This document shows positions 54,011 through 64,000 of a stretch of DNA of 64,000 nucleotides, one piece after another. The translations under genes and the position numbers were made by a program. The notes below the pieces were generated by a model. It saw only the letters and a program-made list of their open reading frames with translations, searched no databases and was not told the DNA's origin. Each line of letters opens with the position of its first letter. The stretch's first letter is position 1. Origin of the DNA: the human T2T-CHM13v2.0 reference genome, Homo sapiens; assembly GCF_009914755.1 (NCBI RefSeq), contig NC_060940.1; one strand, given 5' to 3'.

Positions 54011-56929
54011 TCTCGCTCGCTGCCCCTCTCTCTCCCTCTCCATCATCTCTCCCTCTGTCCCCTGGTGGCTTCTCCCCCACAGGGGGCAAGGGTGGCAGTT
54101 CCCAGCTCTGGGCACTCCCATCCTATGAGCACAGCCCTGTCAGGTGGAAGAAAGTTCCCAGGTCACAGGGGTTCTTGCACATGTTGGACTCACTTTATTG
54201 ACCACTTTACTGGTCACTTGACCAGGGTAGATCTAGGTTTTATGGGACCTGAAGCTTTCTGGGGCCAAACCAAAATAAATATCTCACCAACTCAGTCTCT
54301 CCTTAGCTCATGTCCAGAAATGCCTGTATTTCCCCTAGTATCACCTCACACAGGCAAAGGATGTCAGAATGGTTAGATGACAATCTTAATAGATTGAGGA
54401 TAAAATGCCTAATTTGGAAAATGTTACAAATACAAACACATATGACCACATAAACACCTTGCAAAGACCCATCCTGACTTGGAAAGGGCCCGTGTAGGTG
54501 AGAGGGCCCAGAAGCCTAGCTTCATTAGCTTCTTCATAAACTCTTCTTTCATACTGACCTAGGACCAGCCACGTGGCCTTCAGGATGAAACAAGCTGGGT
54601 CAGGTAGGGGTACTGAGTGCAGTGTGACCCTGGAGTGGGATCAGTCTCCATAAACTAGATAGACTGAGAGTGGGGGATGAGTAGCTCTGGGGAGGAAAGC
54701 CAGATGCTATCATCAGAAGGAGGAGAAGGATTGCTGGACAGGCAGGAACAGGTGTCAGCTATTGTGGTCTGAGAGAGTGGACAGGCCAGTGGTTGAGGAG
54801 TTGGGAAACTGGGATTTAGTTCTCTTTGTTCCACAACTTCTGGGTTCAAATCCTGGTTCTGCTACTTACTGTTGTTTCATTTTGATGATGCTGCTGATGA
54901 TGCAGCACCTATAGTGTGATAGACACTGCACTATAGACATATATATCTCAGGGTATAGATATTGGGCTGACGGAAGATTCTGATGATTAAATGAGTGATA
55001 TAATGATGGTGTAATAAGGCTCACTGAGCAGGGAAGCCTAACCTAGCCCTGAGGGTGTGACAGCATGCTGCTCAGAGGAAGGGAGGCTTAAACTGAAGAC
55101 CTGAAGGATGAGTGGGAATTGCAGAGCTGGAAAGAGTGTTCTTGGCAGGGATAACAGCGTGAGAGCATGGCAGGCTCAGAAAAGGGAAAGCAGTTCCACA
55201 GAGAGACGGGACTGAGAGGTGGCAGCAGCCGGGTCGTGGAAGCCTTTGGACCCCTCCTTAGGGGAAAGGGGGCCACTGGAGGGGTTTAAGCAGGGAAACG
55301 GCATAATCAGTTTTGGTTTTTAAGCTCAGTTTCCTCTTTTGTACGATGCCAACAGTAGCACACCCTGCACAGTGTTAAGAGGACTTAATGGAATAATGTG
55401 TGGTACTACTAACTTCACCAGCCTCTCCATGCAGCCCACCACAGTATGTGGCTGTGTTTACAAACAGAGGTGGGATCGCTAGGACCCTCATTCCCTAAGG
55501 AGAGCCTGATACAGATACTGCAAGAAACCATTTGGCCTGGAATGCACATATGATATCTTTCTCTTTTTACTGGCAGCAGATTTACCCGCCTAATTATATT
55601 TGGCAGAGGCTAATATTAAAATTCATCTGCATTCCCTCGAACAGCTGCTGTCAGAAGGTTGTGGACTCAAACATCTTGGCAAGCAACCCTGAGACTAAAA
55701 TATTTGCAGCAGATAATCTGTACGTGGACGATTGAGAAAGGACTGTGGATATGTCAGGGCGAGCATCCAGACTCTAGCAAGGAAGTTCTGGCTTGTGTTA
55801 AATCTTACATTGTATTCACTGAGAAGAACTTGCCAGGTAACTAGGCTAAGAGAGGGGTCTGCCATGCAATTGAATTGTTAGTAATTTCTGGTCTTTAGTG
55901 GGGCTGATTTAGTCATAACTGTGTTTCAAATTTGTCTCTTCTTTCCAAGTTTCATATGCACCAGGCCTTTCTGGATTGTGTTAAGATAAGCTGGCATTTA
56001 CTGGTATCATCCCAGGTTTGGATTTTTATGTAAATTTCAACTCCCCACCTCCCCATGGCACTTCCCAGTCTCCATCAAGGCAGAAGGTATGGCATATTTG
56101 TTATGTAGCCAAGCTTCCTTATGCCTACCTGTAGAATGTGCTGTAGTTCAGCAGGCCTGGCGGAATCTCTGCCCTGTGCACGTATGGGAAGTGCTAGGCA
56201 TTGGGCAACCCGGGAGCAGAAGCCTAGAAGGCGCCAGATCTCAAGAAACTTGCTTTCTGGCTGTGCAGATGTGGAGGCTCCTGTGAAGCAATCAGAAGGT
56301 CCCAGATAGGACTGTACAGAATAAAGTGCTAGACTGAATGGCGGGAGACAGCACCCCACTAGCTCCGGATGCATTCATGCAAATTAGAAAAAAGCTGCCC
56401 CTCCTCAAGACACCTTTCTGCCATCTGTCCAAAGGATGTCATAAGCAATACACATATCTAGGGTATTGGTCATATGAGTGGCACCACCTGGGGTTGTACA
56501 GTGCACAGCCTGCTTCTTGGATCCGGTCTCCTAGTGACCTCAAGTGACCCCAGACCAAGGGGAAGAGCCCCGAGGAGCTCACCCTGTTGTACTGTTGAGG
56601 AGGACAGGTCTGTTTTATTTCACAGGCCTTCTTCTCTTGCTGTTTGGGTGGCGCCAGCTGTCAGCAGCTTGGGCTGGGTGGGCTGTGCCATCCTGCTCCC
56701 TGGGTCACTGCCATTTGCCAGGGTAAACAGTCCCGAGTGACTGTGGCTCTCACAGCATGCGGTCCCCAAGGAGCCTCCCATTGGGCCCATGGGGAGGCGG
56801 GAGGGGTGTCTAGACCCACAGTCAAAGTTGTCACCATTCAGGTATTTCCTCACTCTTCTTCTTTCGCTCTCTCTTCCTCCCCACCCCTCCCTTTTTTAAA
56901 CTGGGGGAGGGGAGAGGGAAGAGACTGTC

Positions 56930-57220
56930 TTTGATCTCAGCGGAGGAAAAAAGTCTGTTCTGTTCAGGCTTTTGGCTAACACAACAAACAGTGTTTAAAA
57001 TTTAACTTTGCTTAATTAATTAGTAATTCTGTTTAATGCTGTCTGATCTCCCTCCAAAAGGTATTTTGAAGCTTGAGAAGGGAACATCAAAGGGAGCCGG
57101 GTGAAGATGGTCAAGTAATGCCTTTAATCTGGCAGTTGCTGAGGGTGGAGAGCTGCCAGGCTGGGAGCTAATGGGGAGAGAACCGTCATTTGGTAAACAC
57201 AGCAAGCTGACTCCTCGTGG
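56930..57220. promoter_or_regulatory. Candidate Wnt-responsive enhancer (TCF/LEF, homeodomain and FOX motifs)
   Basis: ACATCAAAGG at 57084-57093, TTAATTAATTAG at 57012-57023 and GTAAACA at ~57193, in non-repetitive sequence. Confidence 0.45.
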
Positions 57221-57489
57221 CTGTGGTGTGAGGAGGGACAGGGAGCAGTTTCCAAAGAGAGGGAACTCCACAAACCATTACCAACCCCCCAGATTCATAT
57301 GGGCTGACAATAGGCCTTAAGAAAGCAGAGTTGACATTTTCTTTCTTCCACAGCCACTGTATGGTTGGGCAGGTTGTGTACTGCACAAGGATTTCCAGCC
57401 AAGCAGGCAAGTAATAGGTGAAACTGTCTGTGCCCTGCTCATCAAGCACATATCCTGGTGGAAGTAGAGGGTGGCACACATCTAAAGCA

Positions 57490-57700
57490 GCAATCAATCC
57501 ACAGACTTTTTCATGAAGGGCCGGATAGTATGTATTTTAGACTTTGTGGGCTCTGTTGCAACAGTTCAACTCTGCTGTCACAGAGTGAAAGAAGCCATGG
57601 ACAATGCAGATGAGCATGGCTGTGTCCCAATAAAACTTTATTTACAAAAACAGGAGGTGGGCCAGGTTTGGCTCAGCAAGTGTAGTTTGCCACCTCCTGC
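57490..57700. mobile_element. MER58A (hAT-Charlie)
   Basis: aagggccggatagta…ggctgtgtcccaataaaactttatttacaaaaacagg…tagtttgcc. Confidence 0.88.
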
Positions 57701-58944
57701 TCTAAGTCACCCAAAAGTGCTTCTTAGGCAAGTGAAAGGCCTTTTTTCCCCACCCGGTCTCCTGCTTTCCTTTTTTCTTCCAAATGAGCAGTGTCTCCTA
57801 TAGTTCCTCAGACTTTCAATTGAAGAGTGATCAGTATGATCAGCACCCCCTGAAATTAGGCCCCCAAAAGATAATTTCTCAAGCGGAAAAATGGCTGGGC
57901 TAAACAGGAATCAGAGGCAGAGAATGGACTCAGACTCTGGTGCCAAAGCTGATCTCAACTATCATCATTGCAATCCCCCTTGGTGTGGCCTGGGTGGCCT
58001 GCAGTGAGCACCAGTCCGCCTCTCCCGCCTCCAGTGGGCCTGCACTCACTGATGGGTGGAGGGTGGTTTCTTCTGCACAGGGCTGGCTGGGGGCTGTGGT
58101 GGCTTGACTTAGTTTAGTTTCAGAGGGCTCATATGTGGATGAGGCCTGGCGCCTGCCCCTGGCATTGGGGTCTGCATGGCCGGTTCTCTGCCACCTCTTC
58201 TAGCTACTGGTTAGGGGACAATAAGAGGGTGAACGACCTTCTTTGGTGGGGATAGAGAGTGCTGACTGTCCTTGTTCCTGACCCCCACAGCCCCAGGGCA
58301 GGATGGATCACAGGCCCCATGCTGGGAGGGGCCCCTGGCGGGTTCACTGACCGTCGGCTGACCTGTGGATGTCCGTGTGGCTTTCTGAGCTGGGATGGGA
58401 TGAGGGAGCCACTGGTGAAGAGAGGACAATCCGGGCCACACTGGTCTTTGGGGAAGACATATGAGGGGTCGAGGGGGATGTTTTCCAGCCCCTTCAGGTG
58501 AGGAGAAAGGAAGGAAAGGGGAGGTCCTGAGGGAAGACAGGCTGTCCGTGCACGGTGGAGGAAGAGTGCTCCAGAGGAGGAGAGAGCAGGGACAGAGGTT
58601 CCTTTTCTTTGGATTTTATCAAGTGGAACATGAAAGGCAACATTGAACCTGAAGGTGGTTTTCTGATAACTTCCCTTTGAACTTGAAGTTTGGTTTCGAC
58701 AAGCCTGGCCAGCTTGCATCTCCAGCCAGGACCTCTGCAGAGAGAGGCAGCAGCTTTGAAGATGGAGCTGGGCTTTGTTTTTCTTTCTTCTTTTTCTTTC
58801 TCTTCTTTCCCTCTGCTTGGGAGGGGTGAGTAGAGGATGCTGCAGGCCGTGATATTACTCTGGTTTCTCCGGTGGGGCAGTTTGGGGTCAAGCAGGATCG
58901 TTGGGATCTGGGCTGTCAGCTGGCACACATCCTTGGCAAAGCCA

Positions 58945-59110
58945 GCATTTGTTGAGCACTTACTGCGTGCCGGCCACTGTGCTCAGTAAGCACTTTCCTC
59001 ATTGCCCTTTCCCAACAGCCCTGTGAAAGTGAGGCCATCATATTCCCATTTTACAGACAAGGGGACTGAGGTCCAGAGGAGTCAAGGGCCTTGTCCAAAG
59101 CTGCCCGCAC
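58945..59110 (-). mobile_element. MIR
   Basis: catttgttgagcacttact…cccattttacagacaaggggactgagg. Confidence 0.8.
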
Positions 59111-59529
59111 AGGCTGTATGTATTTAATATAATGCTTTTGTGTCCATTTGCATTCGTGAAGCCTCAGTTTTGAGAAAACTTAGCTGCTAACTGAGCTGTT
59201 CCCAGGAGTCAGTGGGGTGGGGCCATCAGTCTCCTGACTGTTACTACTTATGGCCAGACCTAGTGCACTGGGGGTCTTAGCCCCTTATGATCAGAGTTTG
59301 TTGGATCCACATAAGAATCCTCTGGGGAAGGGGTTGGTAGCTTCCTCATTTTACGGTTGGGGAAACTGAGACATCTAGAGAAGGTATGTGATCCACCCAG
59401 GGTCACACAGTGCCAGAGAACAGAACCCACGTAGAGATGACCACTGCCCTGGCTGGCTGGCCTCCATGAGACAGAGAGAGGCAGGCTGAGAGAAGCACCA
59501 AGTCTCCCGAATTGAGCCATGAAAGGCAT

Positions 59530-59730
59530 GGAGGGGCAGCCTAGTGGACTGACTGTGAGCATTATTCAGGCTACCTGGGTTCAAATCCCAGTTCTGTCAT
59601 TTACTAGCGAGGCACTTATCCTCTCCAAGCCTCAGTTTCCCCATCTGGAAAATGGAGGTAATCGTAATAACTGCCTCACAGGGCTTCATGAGGATGGACT
59701 TGGTAAACAGCAAGTGCTTAGTCATTGCTG
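59530..59730 (+). mobile_element. MIR
   Basis: cctgggttcaaatcccag…cctcagtttccccatctggaaaatgg. Confidence 0.8.
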
Positions 59731-60547
59731 CCTCATCTTTATGTACAGTGGCGCCAAGGCGCAAGGACACCAGGGGAAGTGCCTTAGTTAATTGCAGAGG
59801 AGAGAGCTCCCAGTTCGCAGGACCAGAGCAGAGCAGGAGAGCTGGGGCCCAGGCCCACTGGGGGCATCTCCACTGTGCCTGGCCCAGGGACTGCCCTTGG
59901 GTCCTTGCTTGCAAAGCTGGGGTGTGTGAGTGTGGTGGGAGTGTGGGATCGGAGAGACACAAATCCCCCATCTAGTTTCCTGGCCCAGCGGCCTCATTTC
60001 TCCAGGCTGCTGACTTCCCAAGAAAGTCCTGCCTTGCCTTCCTCTCTGACTGGGGAGTCTCAGCACCTCACATGACCCCCTGGCCACCCTTGGGTCAGGG
60101 TGGAGGGGCCAGGGTCCCTTCCCGGAGTAGGAGCCAGGCTGTTTCTTCACCTTTAAAACAGGACAACAAATTTACTACCCCAGGGCAACAGAAGGAATCA
60201 GATGAGAGGAGCTGTGAGTGTGGCCTGGAAAAGATGTCTCCGGCAAACCCCAGCCCCTCTATCTGACAGAGACAAAATGGCGGAAGGGACTAAAGGAGGC
60301 TTATGGGACATTCCAAGAATTGATGGCACTTTGTAGTCGGGATCCTAGGTCAAGGACAATGATGCTACCCGGAGCTGGCATCCTCAGGAAAATAGTGTCA
60401 GTAGGTCCTGGGATTTCACACTCACCCTCCCACATTTCCTGGCAGGCCACACACAGGACCGTGACCTTTGGCAGAGAGGGGAGGACCTGGGGTGAGCAGA
60501 GGCCAAATGCAAGGTTCAGGATGAGCGTGCTCCCTGAAGATGCCTTT

Positions 60548-60696
60548 TGTGTATGTGTGAGTGTGTGTGCATGTGTGAGTGTGCATATGTGTGCAAGCAG
60601 GTGTGATGCATGAGTGTACATATGTCTGCATGTGCGTGTGTATGTGTGTCCATGTGTGCTTGTGCATACATGTATGTGGACGGTGCATGTGTGCAC
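60548..60696. repeat. Degenerate (TG)/(CATG) low-complexity tract
   Basis: Read directly; contains four TGCATG. Confidence 0.85.
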
Positions 60697-61202
60697 TTCT
60701 TTGCCAACCCAGTTGAACTCTGTTTCTGGCACTCCTCCTGGCCATCCACCAAGGTGCCGTAGGCTGTGCTCAGGTGGGTGGCACCTTTGAGGAGGCCAAA
60801 ATGTCAACACAGAAGGCAGTGAGACTGCAGAAAATGGCCATGGTCCCTAAGCTCCCTCGCTGGGCTCCAGAAGCACCCCTCCACTCTCATCCATCTGCCC
60901 TCTGGCCTGACACTGCTCTGGGTGGCTGTGTGCCTCCATAGGGCAGAAGTCATAGGCTGGTGGGGGCCTGAGGGGGCCCCCCACGGTGCAAGTGGGTGCA
61001 CCATGTTGGGGGAAGGTCTTCCCAGGCAGTACCAGGTGCCAGAGTAGTGTGATGTTGACCCCAGCAAATGGGCAGGGCAGGAGCGGGCCCAGCCCCCTGG
61101 CGAGAATGTCCAGGCCAGGCATGGAGGACAAAGGTGCAGTGAGCATGGCTGCCCGGCGTCTGGACCCTGCTCCTAATGCTCCCTCGCCTGCCTCCCCGAC
61201 AG

Positions 61203-61309
61203 TGGCCCTGCCTCCTGAGAAGACTGACGGGCTGGGCAGCGGAGATGAGAAGAAGATGGAGAGAGTGAGCGAACCCTGCCCAGGCTCCAAGAAGCAGCTG
61301 AAGTTTGAA
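61203..61309 (+). CDS. NKD1: NKD1 internal coding exon (probably exon 5), 107 nt, starts phase 1, ends phase 0; (V)ALPPEKTDGLGSGDEKKMERVSEPCPGSKKQLKFE
   Basis: Acceptor ccctcgcctgcctccccgacag| and donor GAA|gtaagt. G+TG gives Val across the junction with 47930. The sequence leads into the EF-hand (EFX) region. Confidence 0.97.
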
Positions 61310-62129
61310 GTAAGTTTCCTTTTGGTGCTGGGTCCTGAGGAGATGAGATGGGTTTTCTCAGCTTGGGGCTTTGGGAGGAGGGAAGCTGAGGCTCTTCCAG
61401 ACAGGAAGGCCCCTCCCCTGCATGAACAGCACCCTCTGTGGGAGGTTCCTTCTGCCACATCTGGGGCCGTCCTGGCTCAGGGCAGACCCCAGGGACTCAC
61501 CGCTGCCCACCCCCTCAGCCCAGCCCCAGCCCCTCCATGCGGGCTGTGCCCAGCAGCTTGGGAGAGGGCATGAGAGTAGACGAGGGAGGCAGGACTCTGG
61601 CCCTTCTGTTGCTGTCACCTCTCTGGGCCTCAGTTTCCTCGGTGAAACCTTCCCTTCCAACTCTTGAGGCTGTTCTGGGGGTGCCTGTGGGGGATCTCAG
61701 GTGGGATGGATGAACAGGAGGTACGGGCAGGACCCTGACGCTCTCTGGGCCTGAGTTTCCCCATGTGGGCACCACCAAGGATGTGCCTCCGTGTGGCTCT
61801 GTGCAGTGCTTAGAGGAGGGAGTAGCAGCTGTGGGCAGAGGTTGGTGAGGCTCTGAGCGTAGGGGTAGGAGTTGGGAGAGGGATGTACAAGGGAGTCTTT
61901 GGGAAAAGAAGGGCCTTTGGGGTGAGAAGGGGACAGTTGAGTGCCCCAGACCCAGTGGCTGCACAGTCTGTTCCCCACCGCCTGATAGTGTAGCACGCTC
62001 CTGTGCCCCCAGCACAGTGGCCAGTGCTGAGAGCCAGGCCCAGGCCTGCTGCATGGAGCTTCCCCACTGCTCTGCCCTCCTTGCTCCCTCCCTCCTTCCC
62101 TCTGTTTGCCTTCCTGAGACCACCAGGGC

Positions 62130-62325
62130 ATAGCTCTAGAGTCAGCAGGCCTGGGTTCAAATCCTGGCTATACACTTAGTAGCTCTGAGACTTTGGGGCA
62201 AGTTCCCTAAAGTCTCAGTGGCCTCACGTGCCTCGCCTGTAAGGTGGGGATAATGGTGATGTCTGTCGCATTGGGCTGTTGTCAGCAGCATGAGTTCGTG
62301 CGCCTAAAGGTCTAAAGTGCTTAAG
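62130..62325 (+). mobile_element. MIR
   Basis: cctgggttcaaatcctggct…gggataatggtga. Confidence 0.75.
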
Positions 62326-63325
62326 AGGGTGCCCCTCTTTCTCACCAATGCTGATTGGCACCGGCTAATTGCCAGGGTACCCAGCTTAGACTGGGTGTGG
62401 TTCCTGCCGTCAAGGAGTGCACAGTGTGACCAGGGGACAGTTGAGCGCCCCAAACCCAGTGGCTGCACAGTCAGTGATGAGATGAGATCTGGGAGCCTGG
62501 AGTGGGGTCAGGCCGAGGGGTGTGGGGTAACGGACACTTGGCATTTCCAGGCTCTGTGCGGTGCCTGGAGGAGGGAACAGCGGCTGTGGATAGAGACTGG
62601 GGAGGTGGGTGAGGCTCTGAGCATAGGGGTAGGAGTTGGGAGAGGGGTGCACAGGGGAGCCTTTGGGGTGAGAAGGGCCTATCAGGCAGAGGGAGCTGCA
62701 GGAGCAAAGGCCTGGAGGCTGAAGTGCCGGCGTGCTGTGTGGAGAGAGTGAGTGGCGTGATGTGGCCTGTGCTGGATGGTGGGACATGGGGGAGACGCCC
62801 TGTGTGCAGGGTCCCTGGTGACCGATCTTACCCCCTTTCCAGTGTCATCTCCCTGCCATGCCCCACCATCCTGCACAGGCCACACCACACAGCTTGTTCT
62901 CCCCACACAGCACAGGAGCACTCCAGCCTCCAAGAGGCTTGAAGGCTCGCCTGAGGAGGATAGGTAGTATCTAGTAGGAGTTAGGGCTGCCAGCTTCTTC
63001 CTGGAGCCCAGCCCCGCCCTAAGCCCACCTGGGTCCTTGTAGGGTCTTTTGGGGAGCTTGGCAAAGCCCAGGGCTGAACTCAGTGGCAGAAGGAAGACCA
63101 GGCCCAGGCATCCTGCCTCCCTGGAAGCCCAAGTGCGCTTGCTTCTGGAGGGGCAGACTTGGGACTGAGCTGTGGTCCATGGGCAGGACTCAACTGAGCT
63201 GAGAAGCCCAGGTGGGGTGTGGGAGAGGCCTAGGAGACCCGCATGTGACAGGTGGGACAAGTGGCCAGTTACTCAACTCATGTTTCTGAAGCTCAGACCC
63301 AAGCTGTCTTGGAAACAGGTAAGTG

Positions 63326-63326
<1 letters not shown>

Positions 63327-63376
<50 letters not shown>
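63327..63376. repeat. (TG)25 microsatellite followed by a degenerate GT-rich tail to ~63505
   Basis: Direct count. Confidence 0.96.
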
Positions 63377-63379
<3 letters not shown>

Positions 63380-64000
63380 ACAGGTATGTGAGCGTAGGAT
63401 GTGCACGTATAGGGGTATACCTGTGTAGGTATGCGTGTGTGTAGGTACGTGTGTAGGGGTATGCGTGTGTGTGTGTGTGTAGGGGTATGTATGTAGGCAC
63501 GTGTGTCATGCCACATGAACAGTGCCTCAGAGAGCAATGAGGGCCCTTGGCAGTTATCAAACGGGTGTGGCTGAAGCAAGGTTGGCTTTGAACTCAGCGT
63601 GGGCGCCCGAGAATTGCTGGAGGGAAATGGCTTAGAGCTGCAGCAGCCAGGGTCAGGACGCCGTGCTGGGGCTCACTCCACTAGCATTTGTAGGCAGGTG
63701 CCTTTCCCTCTCTGGGGAGCTGAGCCTTCCTCCTGCCAGGCCAGCCAGGTGCCACCTTCCTGATGGTGGAAGGAGAGGTGGAGTTTGGCATGCCATGGAA
63801 CAGAATGGTCTTGTTTCCATAGAATCTTATGGATCTGAAAGGCCATTTGTGGAGCCCTTTCCTGCTGAACAGCATGCTTCCTAGAACTGTCTATCTGACA
63901 CTCAGCCAGCCTCTGCACACAGCCCTCCGGTGACCAGCTCACCACTTCGCGTCTCACATTCCCTGGGGTCAGACACTTCAGGTTGCTGAAAATGATAATA

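Larger units (their letters stand above)
61310..64000 (+). other. NKD1: NKD1 intron, 5' part (next exon outside the window)
   Basis: Starts gtaagt; I did not find the expected next exon (ELQCDVS…) in the remaining sequence. Confidence 0.88.

Overview
Human (primate) genomic DNA from inside the NKD1 gene (naked cuticle homolog 1, a Wnt/Dishevelled feedback antagonist), on the + strand. Only two coding exons fall in the window: a 67-nt exon at 47864-47930 (ELVGDVLRDTLSEEEEDDFRLE) and a 107-nt exon at 61203-61309 (VALPPEK...KKQLKFE). They splice in frame and match the NKD1 N-terminal region as I remember it (probably exons 4 and 5). The rest is intron, filled with Alu, MIR, L2, L1M, MaLR LTR and DNA-transposon relics, microsatellites and two large VNTRs (60-bp and 57-bp units). 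Almost all ORFs in the six-frame track are chance or repeat-derived. The most notable observations are: (1) a perfect CAG|GTAAGT donor followed by (UG)25, the layout of a TDP-43-repressed cryptic exon; (2) a splice-compatible antisense transcript (53217 to 46266) that crosses the first exon and gives a 101-aa spliced ORF, below a GC-box region; (3) an old ~310-bp inverted duplication spanning an L1/flank/MIR junction; (4) a local duplication whose two blocks are in swapped order; (5) candidate TCF/LEF enhancers. I see no prokaryote-type system such as CRISPR. Repeat family names and boundaries come from recognising consensus motifs by eye and are approximate.
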